IMG/VR virus record: IMGVR_UViG_3300042890_002891
Coordinates: 194,831-258,830 of that record
Reading direction: 5' to 3' (one strand)
Origin: a virus
Taxonomy: Duplodnaviria; Heunggongvirae; Uroviricota; Caudoviricetes
DNA: 64,000 nt
Part shown: positions 17,476-26,945 of the stretch, in pieces
Position numbering within the stretch: the first letter of the stretch is position 1
Layout: every line of letters starts with the position of its first letter
Position numbers and translations under genes: made by a program
Notes under the pieces: model-generated
Told to the model about the DNA's origin: nothing
Databases searched by the model: none
What the model saw: the letters and a program-made list of their open reading frames with translations, nothing else

Positions 17476-18226
17476 GGTCTGTCTCCCGGGTCCAAGTAAC
17501 TATTTCCCATGCACCATCATGATGTTCTACCAGGGCTGTGCATGATTCAACCCAGTCGCCATCATTCATGTATGTAACTCCGTTGATCTCTTTGATCTCT
17601 GCGTGGTGTATGTGTCCACAGATGACTCCATCAAAGCCACGCTTCTTGCAGTAGCCTGCTAGATTTTCTTCAAACTTGAACATGAAGTCTACTGCTTTTT
17701 TGACCTTGTGCTTAAGAAACTTGCTAAGGCTAAAGTACCCAAAACCCATACGGCGACGTATCCAATTGAACTTGCTGTTGACAGAAAGAATGATATCATA
17801 TGCTCGATCTCCAAGAAATGCTATCCAGGGCGCCAGTCTGGTGATGCCATCAAACAAGTCACCATGCACCACCAGATAATGATTGCCATCTGCACCTATG
17901 TGTTCTATCTGATTGTGTATTTCAACATGTCCGAAACTAAATCCATATGGTATCATGGGCCTTAGAAATTCGTCATGGTTGCCGGCCACATACACAACTC
18001 TAGTACCACGCTTGGCATGACCTAGCACTCTGCGTACCACGTTGGTATGGCTCTGTTTCCAACGCCACTTGTTTTGTTGTATGCGCCAGGCATCTATTAT
18101 GTCTCCCACAAGATACAGGGTCTCGCAGGTGTTGTTTTTTAGAAAGTTGTTGAGTTTCTCTGCTTGGCAGTCTCTGGTACCAAGATGTACATCTGAGATA
18201 AAGATACTGCGATAAGTTTTCTGCAT
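17462..18226 (-). CDS. calcineurin-like metallophosphoesterase, LpxH-like
   Basis: DVHLG, GDIIDAW, GNHDEF, GHIH motifs; C-terminal GDWVESCTALV resembles UDP-2,3-diacylglucosamine hydrolase. Confidence 0.6.
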   Translation of the reverse strand: MQKTYRSIFISDVHLGTRDCQAEKLNNFLKNNTCETLYLVGDIIDAWRIQQNKWRWKQSHTNVVRRVLGHAKRGTRVVYVAGNHDEFLRPMIPYGFSFGHVEIHNQIEHIGADGNHYLVVHGDLFDGITRLAPWIAFLGDRAYDIILSVNSKFNWIRRRMGFGYFSLSKFLKHKVKKAVDFMFKFEENLAGYCKKRGFDGVICGHIHHAEIKEINGVTYMNDGDWVESCTALVEHHDGAWEIVTWTRETDHENQ

Positions 18227-18274
18227 GGGGTATTTAAGCAGAAGTTCGCCCCAATAATGTTACAGTTGTGTTAC

Positions 18275-18433
18275 ACTATATCTGTACCAGAGTCCATCGG
18301 GCAGTAAATGCCTTGCCAGCAGCCTTGTGTTTCAGAATTTTTCGATATTCTTCTTGACGAAGTTGTTGAATCTTCTTGTCATCGTGGTCAACGCAGGCTC
18401 GGTATAATTTTGTGATCAATTTTGATTGTTTCA
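18275..18433 (-). CDS. small basic protein (52 aa), not in the ORF track
   Basis: [52 protein letters not shown]; RBS AAGGATGGG; promoter-like TTGGCA-16-TATAAA upstream. Confidence 0.3.
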
Positions 18434-18484
18434 TAAGTTGCCCATCCTTGAAAACTATTTATACCGTTAGTGAAATAATTGCCA

Positions 18485-18509
18485 ATAAAAAAGAGCCCTT
18501 GGGGCCCTT
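18485..18509 (-). terminator. rho-independent terminator after pstS
   Basis: Minus strand AAGGGCCC-CAA-GGGCTCTT followed by TTTTATT. Confidence 0.5.
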
Positions 18510-18554
18510 AGTGCTGGTTACGAGTTCCAGCCTCCGCTCAATCTTGCGGTCGGT

Positions 18555-19550
18555 TTAGTGTAGTGCCAACCGTTTCCAGTCTGCACGAATCTTGTTCTTC
18601 ACTGCTAAAGGCAATGCCACATAGTCTAGGTCATCTGCTGCTCGATCTCCACTGGCAAATGCCCAGTCAAAGAAAGCAATAGCAGTTTTGGATTTAGCAG
18701 CATCTTCGGGTTTCAAATACACTAGGATAAATGTAGCACCTGAGATGGGCCATGCTTCTTTGCCTGCTTGATTGGTTAGAATCTGAAAGTATGTTCGGTT
18801 CCAGTCAGCATTTGCGGCAGCTGCCTTGAATGATTCTTCTGTGGGTGCCACCCAGGTGCCAGCAGCGTTCTGTACATTGACCCAGTTCATCTTGGTTTGT
18901 TTTACATAAGCAAATTCAACATAGCCCAGTGTTCCTGGAAGTTGTCTAACCATGGCAGCAACACCTTCGTTGCCTTTGCCGCCTGCTCCAACTTTCCAGT
19001 TGACTGCTGTGCCTTCACCAATGGTGTCTTTGAATTCTTTAGATACCTTGCTGAGATAGTTGGTCCAGATAAATGTAGTTCCTGATCCATCTGCTCTGCG
19101 AACCACAGTGATTGCTTGGTCAGGTAATGCTAATGAGGGGTTTAGTGCCCGGATAGCAGCGTCATCCCAGCGAGTAATTTTGCCTAGAAAGATATCAGCA
19201 AGCAATGTGCCTGTGAGTTTCATTTGTCCAGGTTCGATGCCCTTGACGTTGATCACAGGAACCACGCCGCCAATTGCTGTGGGGAACTGGAATAGTCCCA
19301 GATCTTTTAGTCGATCATCTGTGAGTGGCATATCACTTGCACCAAACGTGACTGTCTTGGCTTCAATCTGTTTGATACCTGCACCTGAGCCAACTGACTG
19401 ATAGTTGATTTTGATGTTGGTCACGCGGTTGTAGTCACTAGCCCACTTTGAATACAACGGAGCCGGAAATGTTGCACCGGCTCCTGTAACTTCTTGTGCT
19501 GTTGCAGAAACTGCAACAACTGATAATAGAATAGCTAATAATTTTTTCAT
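18555..19550 (-). CDS. pstS: phosphate ABC transporter substrate-binding protein PstS
   Basis: Signal peptide. GAGATFPAPLY, SGTTF and the overall sequence match proteobacterial PstS (about 330 aa). RBS AAGGAGTCAAG. Confidence 0.9.
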   Translation of the reverse strand: MKKLLAILLSVVAVSATAQEVTGAGATFPAPLYSKWASDYNRVTNIKINYQSVGSGAGIKQIEAKTVTFGASDMPLTDDRLKDLGLFQFPTAIGGVVPVINVKGIEPGQMKLTGTLLADIFLGKITRWDDAAIRALNPSLALPDQAITVVRRADGSGTTFIWTNYLSKVSKEFKDTIGEGTAVNWKVGAGGKGNEGVAAMVRQLPGTLGYVEFAYVKQTKMNWVNVQNAAGTWVAPTEESFKAAAANADWNRTYFQILTNQAGKEAWPISGATFILVYLKPEDAAKSKTAIAFFDWAFASGDRAADDLDYVALPLAVKNKIRADWKRLALH

Positions 19551-19588
19551 CTTGACTCCTTGTTAGTACATTTATTTAATGACTAAAA

Positions 19589-19606
19589 TGTTACAATTTT
19601 GTTACA
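19589..19606 (-). promoter_or_regulatory. Pho-box-like direct repeat (TGTAACA-AAAT-TGTAACA) upstream of pstS
   Basis: Two 7 bp direct repeats at 11 bp periodicity, 39-56 nt upstream of the pstS ATG, with an AT-rich -10 region downstream. Confidence 0.4.
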
Positions 19607-19898
19607 CAATTTGCAGAATCATGCGAACCAGTCCCACCATGTCTATGCTCACCAACAGGATGTAGTTAGCCAGCATACCAAAAGATTTCCTAGTATAACT
19701 AGCCCAAGCATACATGGCACAACCAGTGATCCAGATAGGATACATGTACAACAACGGAGGGTTTGGGACGGTGATCGCCATTGTGATCGAGCAGCCAATA
19801 GACACTGCCCAAGCCACAATCTCAACTGCAAAACGCACAGGGTAAGTTTTATAGTCATCTCGTATCCAAGAAAAAATGTTGGGTAGTATATCGTTCAT
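19602..19898 (-). CDS. integral membrane protein (98 aa, about 3 TM)
   Basis: Hydrophobic helices; ATGA overlap with the upstream gene. Confidence 0.5.
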   Translation of the reverse strand: MNDILPNIFSWIRDDYKTYPVRFAVEIVAWAVSIGCSITMAITVPNPPLLYMYPIWITGCAMYAWASYTRKSFGMLANYILLVSIDMVGLVRMILQIV

Positions 19899-20932
19899 GT
19901 CTGGGCCAGTCGCTGATTGTACACCTGCTCACTGGCAAGATTCTTGCCCTTGGCCTCACACTGAATATCCCACTGATCACCAAATGTCAGGGCCCATTCA
20001 TTGCAGGCAGTGTTCCACATCATATCGCTGTGTGCCCGGAGCTTCTGCTTTTTAAAACCTGCTGCAAGTAGTCCAGCAAGATCGGGTCGAACTCGGTGAT
20101 CGTGACCCACCAAAATATCTTCACGGCTAACACTGTAGTGAAGAGCAGGACGAACACCACGCCAAGACTCAACAACCCGTTGCGCACGAGGGTCCGCAGG
20201 CGTGATGTATTCTCCGGAGTTGATCCAGTGATGGTGTATGTCCAGCACAAGAGCCACATGCTCAGCCACAAGTAAAGTAGAATCGATGCCATTTGTCATT
20301 TCGTCATTTTCGATGGAGATAAGATTCCTGGCCTCGGAACTGAGGCGACCCAAGGTCTTTAGGAATTTAGTGACACCACCTTTGCCACTTAAATGTACAT
20401 TTATCTTGAATCCCGAGTCATGCCAACTTTTTCCATAGCCCATCCAGCGGGCCATGTCTGCATGATACTCAAATTCCAGGATACTGCGTTCCACAATCAC
20501 GTCATGCTCGCTGGCCAGCACACAAAACTGTCCGGGATGGAAGCTGAGTCGCACACCCAGTCTGCGGGCAGTTTCGCCCACAGGAGCAAAGATCCGTTCA
20601 CAGTGATCTTGTATCTCTTTGCGCTGCCACCAGTCGATCCATGAAGGTTCAGTATAGCCTTGCAGCATTTCTGAACCCAGCCGTACCATTCTACGACCTT
20701 CAGGCAGGGTAGCCACTCGTTCAATCATGCGAACTGCTGCTGTGGCATTGTGATTCATTATGTCCCATTGCCGCTGTTCAGCTTCATCCTTGTGCTCTCG
20801 AAGCCAGCGCATGGTGGTTGATCGGCCGTTTAGTTCACGGTCCACAGCATTGACTTTCATGCCGCCGCATTCGGACGGATCATTGAGCCATTTGCAACAA
20901 AAACCAATTTGGGGTATAGTCATATCAATCAC
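19895..20932 (-). CDS. TIM-barrel sugar-phosphate isomerase/endonuclease superfamily protein, possibly a UvdE-like UV damage endonuclease
   Basis: 345 aa; ISIENDE and HH motifs typical of the xylose-isomerase-like/UVDE fold; the assignment is tentative. Confidence 0.4.
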   Translation of the reverse strand: MIDMTIPQIGFCCKWLNDPSECGGMKVNAVDRELNGRSTTMRWLREHKDEAEQRQWDIMNHNATAAVRMIERVATLPEGRRMVRLGSEMLQGYTEPSWIDWWQRKEIQDHCERIFAPVGETARRLGVRLSFHPGQFCVLASEHDVIVERSILEFEYHADMARWMGYGKSWHDSGFKINVHLSGKGGVTKFLKTLGRLSSEARNLISIENDEMTNGIDSTLLVAEHVALVLDIHHHWINSGEYITPADPRAQRVVESWRGVRPALHYSVSREDILVGHDHRVRPDLAGLLAAGFKKQKLRAHSDMMWNTACNEWALTFGDQWDIQCEAKGKNLASEQVYNQRLAQT

Positions 20933-21473
20933 TGTTGTTGTTCAGTAATTGTAACACATTTGGTAATAAATCTCTAGTGATATTGGAGAGTTTTTGGATA
21001 GGCTCGTCAAGATTTTTTGGATGATCCACTATCACCCACTGTTTTCCGCTGTCACGAATCGACTGCGCTAACAATCCAATATAGTTGTTTCGGCTGACCT
21101 TTGCGTTGGGTTTGGATTCCAGGTCAAACCCCACCATGATTATGACATCTGCCACACTGGCCGATAAATGAGCAGCCACAATGTCATCCACAGAATCCAC
21201 AACAAAATCAAATGCTCCGCCAAACACATTAACACGCGGCGGTTTGTGCAGAGTTTCATAAACAGTTTCTGGAATGTAAAGATTGCATACATCAGCGTAG
21301 CCTTGCTCGATCAACACCGCTGCTTGGTCGGCATCCCAGCACACCACATTGTCAGTTTGATATGCTCGTTGAGTGCGCCAGCTGCCCCAGATGGGTGCAA
21401 TGTCACGCATGGGTTGTGTGTCCTGACCCGGCGGCAACAGAGTATTTTCAGCCAACAGCCAGGCTATATTCAT
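20925..21473 (-). CDS. hypothetical protein (182 aa)
   Basis: ORF in the sugar cluster operon. Confidence 0.45.
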   Translation of the reverse strand: MNIAWLLAENTLLPPGQDTQPMRDIAPIWGSWRTQRAYQTDNVVCWDADQAAVLIEQGYADVCNLYIPETVYETLHKPPRVNVFGGAFDFVVDSVDDIVAAHLSASVADVIIMVGFDLESKPNAKVSRNNYIGLLAQSIRDSGKQWVIVDHPKNLDEPIQKLSNITRDLLPNVLQLLNNNSD

Positions 21474-22399
21474 GGCTCTCTATGCAGATCTAGAGTCACA
21501 CAATGAAAACCGCCGCCCAGCGTTCTGCTGTGACGCAGTTCTAGCGGAATAACTGTCATGCCCATGCCCTGTTCCAGAGCCTGTATCATGGCTTGTTGTT
21601 TGGCATCAACTATGACTGTATGAGGATCAATGCTCAACATGTTGAGTCCAATCCATTTTGAAGCATACGGATATTGATAGAATCCTTGTGCCACCACTTC
21701 GTCAACAAAAAATATCTCTTTGCCCTTGAGATGTCGTGGTAGATCTTTTCTATTCCGATCTAGCCTGCTGCCATTCACAACAAATTGTTCTGCATTCAAG
21801 GCCACAATAGTCGAATCAATATGCACACCAGCATAGAAGTTGCACAGTTCAATATCCACATCAGGAAACTGATTGCACAACCATTCGTATGCTGCTCGAT
21901 TGCCTGAGGCTGATTCAAGAAACAACCACTTGTGTTGTGTCACACGCAAAATATTAGCAGCGTCTAGAACCATGCCTGCAGCTCGTGGCATTGTGATAAC
22001 TTGATCTGCTGCTTGTAAAATATCATGATAACACTGTAGTTCCATATCTCTACAAGGATACATCATGGCAGGATCGACCACAATTGACCCATGCACAATT
22101 AGTCTATCACGCGGACAGTAGTTGTAGAGGCCATCGTGGACCTGAAAATTCAGTGGATCCGGACGTACTACTTCAACACCGTGTGCTGTCAACGTGTCTG
22201 CCAGCGTTTGCAGGTCTTGATTGGCTTCGTCTATGATCCATTGTGGCACAGGACCAGCAGGTAGAGGTGTTTCTTTCCAGAGTGTACGCTCTGCTTCTGA
22301 GCTAAACACCGGATCGTTGACAGGCCAGTTTGCATGACTAGCGTCGCCGACCACTATGCTCTTGAGTGTACTGTATTCATCGTGACTGAAAATTTTCAT
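21470..22399 (-). CDS. amidinotransferase-superfamily enzyme
   Basis: C-terminal GGGFHCVTLDLHR, the catalytic Cys context of the glycine/inosamine amidinotransferase and arginine deiminase fold. Confidence 0.55.
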   Translation of the reverse strand: MKIFSHDEYSTLKSIVVGDASHANWPVNDPVFSSEAERTLWKETPLPAGPVPQWIIDEANQDLQTLADTLTAHGVEVVRPDPLNFQVHDGLYNYCPRDRLIVHGSIVVDPAMMYPCRDMELQCYHDILQAADQVITMPRAAGMVLDAANILRVTQHKWLFLESASGNRAAYEWLCNQFPDVDIELCNFYAGVHIDSTIVALNAEQFVVNGSRLDRNRKDLPRHLKGKEIFFVDEVVAQGFYQYPYASKWIGLNMLSIDPHTVIVDAKQQAMIQALEQGMGMTVIPLELRHSRTLGGGFHCVTLDLHREP

Positions 22400-22917
22400 G
22401 CGGTCCCGGTTAATTGTAGAGTATAGCGATCAGTTTTGCCAACGTTGGCGGCCAGGTGTAAGAAATCATCGCGCCAGCTGACCCAATCACCAGCACGCCA
22501 ATTGGTAATAGGAGCACCGTTCATTTCCAGGTAATGCCCACTGTCCCAGTCTTCTAAGAACACAATGGTACGAACCACTGACTGTGTTGATTCAAGCCCG
22601 TGTATGAGTTTGAATCTGTTGTAGCTGTCTCTGTGTGCTGGTAATACTGTACCTGGCGACATACAATACACACTCCATCCTAGCTTGGTCCAAGGAAACT
22701 TGTCACAGATAGATTGCATCCAGACAGGCTCAGGGAAACGCATGTCATACATGTCCCCGGTAAATTTACTTTGCGTATATCCCAGCTGACGCCATTCTGC
22801 TAGACTTTCTCGATCATTGAACTGTTCGTTTATATAGACAAGCTCACGATGTTGTAGACCCCAGGTAACATCTATATGCCCCTGGACCCAGATGTTATTT
22901 TGGTCGAGTGTTGCCAT
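22396..22917 (-). CDS. cupin / Fe(II) oxygenase-like protein
   Basis: PAHRDSY (HxD) ... FLHLAANVG (distal His) arrangement. Confidence 0.4.
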   Translation of the reverse strand: MATLDQNNIWVQGHIDVTWGLQHRELVYINEQFNDRESLAEWRQLGYTQSKFTGDMYDMRFPEPVWMQSICDKFPWTKLGWSVYCMSPGTVLPAHRDSYNRFKLIHGLESTQSVVRTIVFLEDWDSGHYLEMNGAPITNWRAGDWVSWRDDFLHLAANVGKTDRYTLQLTGTA

Positions 22918-24133
22918 AGTGAACGACTTCGTACTCCGCAGTTGAAGTCAGTTTGCGCCAAGGATCAACAATAATGCTGCCCGGTTTGATAGCACAGTAG
23001 GGTTGGGTATCCAATTGGTCGCCAGTGTATTCATACGTGATTTTGCGATTGTGTGCCCAAAGAAACACCGCAGGGTAATCCACACTGTCAACCACGTGGG
23101 TTCGATCATCTGCAAGAGGATCAATATAGACCACTTGGTGCCCTGCTTGTTCTAGATAAAATCCAACCAGGGTACTGTAACTGCCAATGCAATAAGGAAC
23201 GTCTGGCTTGTATGCTTTGCCATGAATCACCACAGGCAGACTGTGCAATGCAGCTTGATCAATCAGGAACTGAGCCAAGTTTTTGGCTTGTATTTCTCTA
23301 GCATGCATCACAGTATCAAACAAATCGTAGCCAATGTTGTATTCTTCTGCTAACCAACGCAGAGCAATGTTATCACGTGGATGACAAGCACCTGCATCGC
23401 CCATGCCCGCTGTCATGTACTTGGGTCCCATGATACGCATGGTACTACGAGCCAAGGCATCTGTGACCACATCAACATTGATGTGTCCAATACGTAGAGC
23501 AAAGTCCTGAATCATGTTGACCAGACCAACTTTGGCACTGATGAATGTGTTGTAGAAAATTTTAATGGCTTCGCATTCGTCCCAGGTGCCAATTTCGTAG
23601 CGTGGATTGTTTGCCATAATAGTCTTGTACAGATCAATCAGTTCGCCTGCTAGAGCATTGGGGTTGCCATCTTCGGTGCCAATCATGACCATTTCTGGGT
23701 TGACCATGTCCCATTTGACCGATCCCATGGCAATTAGATAAGGGTTATACAGGAACTGATGCTGTGGATCCAGCAGTGGGAAAAACTTGCGGCGTGTGGT
23801 CCCGGGCAATACTGTACTGATCAACACAATCTTTTTTGGACTAGTTGCATATTTGTTTATGTTCTTGATAGCGTCAATCACAGCATCGTGACCAAAGTCT
23901 TTGGGTTTCATATGGCTGCTTGGAACAGATCCATCGTAACCTTCCTGGTGTGGAGTTGGCACAGCAATAAAGATCCACTCGCTTTGATTCACAAGTTCGT
24001 CTATGTCACAAACTTTCACTGAGTCACTGATTCGCGGGTAAATATCATATCCCCGTACTGTGTGCTGTTCAGCAAAAACTTCTGCACAGTCCAGGCCCAA
24101 TTTTCCAATTCCAATAAATCCAATATTCTTCAT
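22895..24133 (-). CDS. nucleotide-sugar 6-dehydrogenase (UDP-glucose/GDP-mannose dehydrogenase family)
   Basis: N-terminal MKNIGFIGIGKLG Rossmann motif and the catalytic-Cys motif GACHPRD. Confidence 0.65.
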   Translation of the reverse strand: MKNIGFIGIGKLGLDCAEVFAEQHTVRGYDIYPRISDSVKVCDIDELVNQSEWIFIAVPTPHQEGYDGSVPSSHMKPKDFGHDAVIDAIKNINKYATSPKKIVLISTVLPGTTRRKFFPLLDPQHQFLYNPYLIAMGSVKWDMVNPEMVMIGTEDGNPNALAGELIDLYKTIMANNPRYEIGTWDECEAIKIFYNTFISAKVGLVNMIQDFALRIGHINVDVVTDALARSTMRIMGPKYMTAGMGDAGACHPRDNIALRWLAEEYNIGYDLFDTVMHAREIQAKNLAQFLIDQAALHSLPVVIHGKAYKPDVPYCIGSYSTLVGFYLEQAGHQVVYIDPLADDRTHVVDSVDYPAVFLWAHNRKITYEYTGDQLDTQPYCAIKPGSIIVDPWRKLTSTAEYEVVHYGNTRPK

Positions 24134-24135
24134 AT

Positions 24136-25428
24136 ATGTCAGTTCCTTTAGATAGATTATACAACTTTTTGCATGACGTTGTCAATCATGATATAACAAT
24201 TTATCGCTTTTGGCCACATGGCTCAAAAAAACTTGAAGATCTAACGCCGTTATATTCATACGTAGATTGGTCTAAAATGATGACCAGGCCACCAACAATT
24301 TTTCATGACCAGGAGCCGCTGAATTTTTGTTATTGGAATCTAGATGATTTTGCTCGACTATGTGTGGACAAACACCAATCGAATTCTTTATATTTAGAAG
24401 ACAAATATATTGAGTACCAAAAATCACGGCACCTTAAAGGATCAATTCATACCAGTCTGTATGATTATGTTTTGCTTGTGCATTCGGAAAAAAATAGCTC
24501 AGAGGCAGATATCTACCTCCAACATGGATTCTTACCTGTGTACTACTGGAGTCATGCTGTGATTGCAGCTGATTGGTTTAGATATGCTGCGCATGATCCT
24601 GTGTTGCAATATAATACCGCCACGTTTATGCAAGATTTTTTAATATACAATCGTGCTTGGTCAGGTACTAGAGAATATAGACTAGCATTTGCTGATCAAT
24701 TGATTAAAGCAGGTTTAGTGGAATATTGCCGCACCAGTTTTGCACCTGTGGATTCAGACATGCACTATAGTCAACACAAGTTTGAGAATTCCAATTTGGC
24801 AATCACTAATGCAAATCTAGAAACAGTATTGCCTGCAAACACACATAATTCTCATGCCAGTGCCGATTACAACAATCAGGATTATGCTCAAACAGGCATG
24901 GAAATTGTGCTGGAAACCTTGTTTGATGATTCACGATTGCATCTCACAGAAAAGGCGCTGCGCCCTATTGCGTGTGGCAAACCCTTTATGCTGGTTGCCA
25001 CTACCGGTAGCTTAGAATATTTGCGCAGTTACGGATTTGAGACCTTTGGAGATCTTATTGATGAGTCTTATGATCTTGAAACAGATCCGGTGGCTAGATT
25101 GGCCGCTGTGATTCAGGAAATCACCAGGATTGCTGCCATGTGTCCAGCGGATAAAATCATACTATGGAATCAACTGCACAAAATTGCTGAGAGAAACAAG
25201 CAGAGATTTTTTTCAGCTGCCTGGCAAGCCAGCATAGTACAAGAATATGTTGACAATATGAATCAAGCCATAATTACTGTCAATCAACATTGTACCGGAA
25301 AACACTGGAAGAAATTTCAAGAACTAGATCGTATCTTGGGAATCAACGATACTCGTTCACAAAAAGAAATAGATCAGGTATTGAATTACCTAGCTCTTAA
25401 GAACAGTTCCGGACCAGTGGTCGGGTAA
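24136..25428 (+). CDS. glycosyltransferase-like protein, paralog C
   Basis: LTEKALRPIACGKPFMLVATTGSLEYLRSYGFETFGDLIDESYD aligns with paralogs A and B; its start lies 2 nt from the divergent dehydrogenase start. Confidence 0.5.
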   Translation: MSVPLDRLYNFLHDVVNHDITIYRFWPHGSKKLEDLTPLYSYVDWSKMMTRPPTIFHDQEPLNFCYWNLDDFARLCVDKHQSNSLYLEDKYIEYQKSRHLKGSIHTSLYDYVLLVHSEKNSSEADIYLQHGFLPVYYWSHAVIAADWFRYAAHDPVLQYNTATFMQDFLIYNRAWSGTREYRLAFADQLIKAGLVEYCRTSFAPVDSDMHYSQHKFENSNLAITNANLETVLPANTHNSHASADYNNQDYAQTGMEIVLETLFDDSRLHLTEKALRPIACGKPFMLVATTGSLEYLRSYGFETFGDLIDESYDLETDPVARLAAVIQEITRIAAMCPADKIILWNQLHKIAERNKQRFFSAAWQASIVQEYVDNMNQAIITVNQHCTGKHWKKFQELDRILGINDTRSQKEIDQVLNYLALKNSSGPVVG

Positions 25429-25746
25429 TGATTCGGTCTTTAGCCGTTGAATACGGGTGTTCAACTCGGTATAAAAAGTGTCCAAGTCTCCATTCCATTT
25501 GCCCTGTAAATGTTCCATGGCGTCTTCACAATACTTCCAGTTGCGTTTGCGGTATTCAACCATGAGATTGGTGTGCAGATCATGAAAGTGATTCATTGTG
25601 GGCATGTCCTGTAATGGCACATGCTCTACAAGAGCGTATGCAGTCATTGGAGATTCTTTTCCTTTGATCTCAAATGTATCCAGTTCCAGAACAATGTACT
25701 TTTCTGCGGCGGCTTGGCCAATCTCTTCTCCAAATATTATGTGCAT
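25390..25746 (-). CDS. hypothetical protein (118 aa)
   Basis: ORF convergent with paralog C. Confidence 0.4.
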   Translation of the reverse strand: MHIIFGEEIGQAAAEKYIVLELDTFEIKGKESPMTAYALVEHVPLQDMPTMNHFHDLHTNLMVEYRKRNWKYCEDAMEHLQGKWNGDLDTFYTELNTRIQRLKTESLPDHWSGTVLKS

Positions 25747-25770
25747 GTCAATTCCTTTTAAATATGTATC

Positions 25771-26574
25771 ATGAGCATGACCTTTGATTTAATTTCTGAT
25801 CTACATTTGGACACCTGGTCTGAAGAATTCAACTGGAGTGGTCAGCCCACCAGTCCTGTTTGTGTGGTAGCAGGTGACATAAGTCCAGATCCCAAAATAG
25901 TAAGAAACACACTGAAACATCTGTCAAACTGTTATGCTGCTGTGTTTTATATCGACGGCAATGATGAACACCGATACAGATATCATGAGCTAGGAGAAAG
26001 CTATCGCGATCTGGCCAGAACAATAGGCAAATTGCAGAGAGTGACTTATCTCCAGGAAAACGTGATAATAATCGACGGTGTGGCTATTCTAGGAACCAAT
26101 GGTTGGTGGGGCTACGATCTGGACACATCCATCAGTCGAGACGAGGGCAAACAACGCATGGTAGATTGGTATGAACGATTCATGCCCGGACACTCAATTG
26201 ACCCTGAAGAACTTAGCAATTGTGCCAGAGCTGACGCTGCTTATCTGATCAACAGTGTACAAAAATTACAAACGCACAACGATGTCAAAAAGATTGTGAT
26301 TGTCACGCACACAGTACCGGGTGCAAATTTGATACAACATGATATTGTACTAGCCGGTACTGTACAATTTAATCACATGGGCAATCGACTCATGAATCTA
26401 GTACGCACCAATGACACTGAGCACAAAATACATACCTGGTGTTTTGGTCACTATCACGGGGCCGTGGATCAAAATGTAAATGGGGTGAGATTTGTCAACA
26501 ACTGTCGGGGCCGAGGCGACACCCCTTACAAACAGGCACCTTATTTTCCCAAAAGAATTGTTGTAGAAACGTGA
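25771..26574 (+). CDS. calcineurin-like metallophosphoesterase
   Basis: DLHLD, GDISPD, GNDEH, VTHTVPG, GHYHG motif series. Confidence 0.6.
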   Translation: MSMTFDLISDLHLDTWSEEFNWSGQPTSPVCVVAGDISPDPKIVRNTLKHLSNCYAAVFYIDGNDEHRYRYHELGESYRDLARTIGKLQRVTYLQENVIIIDGVAILGTNGWWGYDLDTSISRDEGKQRMVDWYERFMPGHSIDPEELSNCARADAAYLINSVQKLQTHNDVKKIVIVTHTVPGANLIQHDIVLAGTVQFNHMGNRLMNLVRTNDTEHKIHTWCFGHYHGAVDQNVNGVRFVNNCRGRGDTPYKQAPYFPKRIVVET

Positions 26575-26582
26575 TCCCGAAC

Positions 26583-26891
26583 TTATTCGGCGTCAGGCTC
26601 TAGTTTGATCTGTAATGGATACTGCTGCTTTCTTGCACTTTCAGTAACCTCTACGCCTTTTTGTTCGGCGATTTCATAAGGCAACACTGCAACAATAGCT
26701 GATCCGTGCTCATGTATGCTTACAGTGAGTTCTGTGGCAGTTTCTTCAGTATAACCAAAAAATTCCACTAGACTCTCTATCACAAATTCCATGGCAGTGG
26801 TGCTGTCATTGATATAGATCACACGGTAAAGAGACGGCTCCTTGATGGCTTTTTTTGTTTTTGAAATAGTTGCTGCTTCTGCGTTTGCCAT
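26583..26891 (-). CDS. clpS: ClpS, the N-end-rule adaptor of ClpAP
   Basis: Core YRVIYINDSTTAMEFVIESLVEFFGY...ELTVSIHEHGSAIVAV matches ClpS (about 100 aa). Start at the ATG after AAGGAACAAC. Confidence 0.75.
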   Translation of the reverse strand: MANAEAATISKTKKAIKEPSLYRVIYINDSTTAMEFVIESLVEFFGYTEETATELTVSIHEHGSAIVAVLPYEIAEQKGVEVTESARKQQYPLQIKLEPDAE

Positions 26892-26945
26892 GTTGTTCCT
26901 TATGGAGTGGTGGAACAGTTCCACCACTGTATTTACACAATTATA

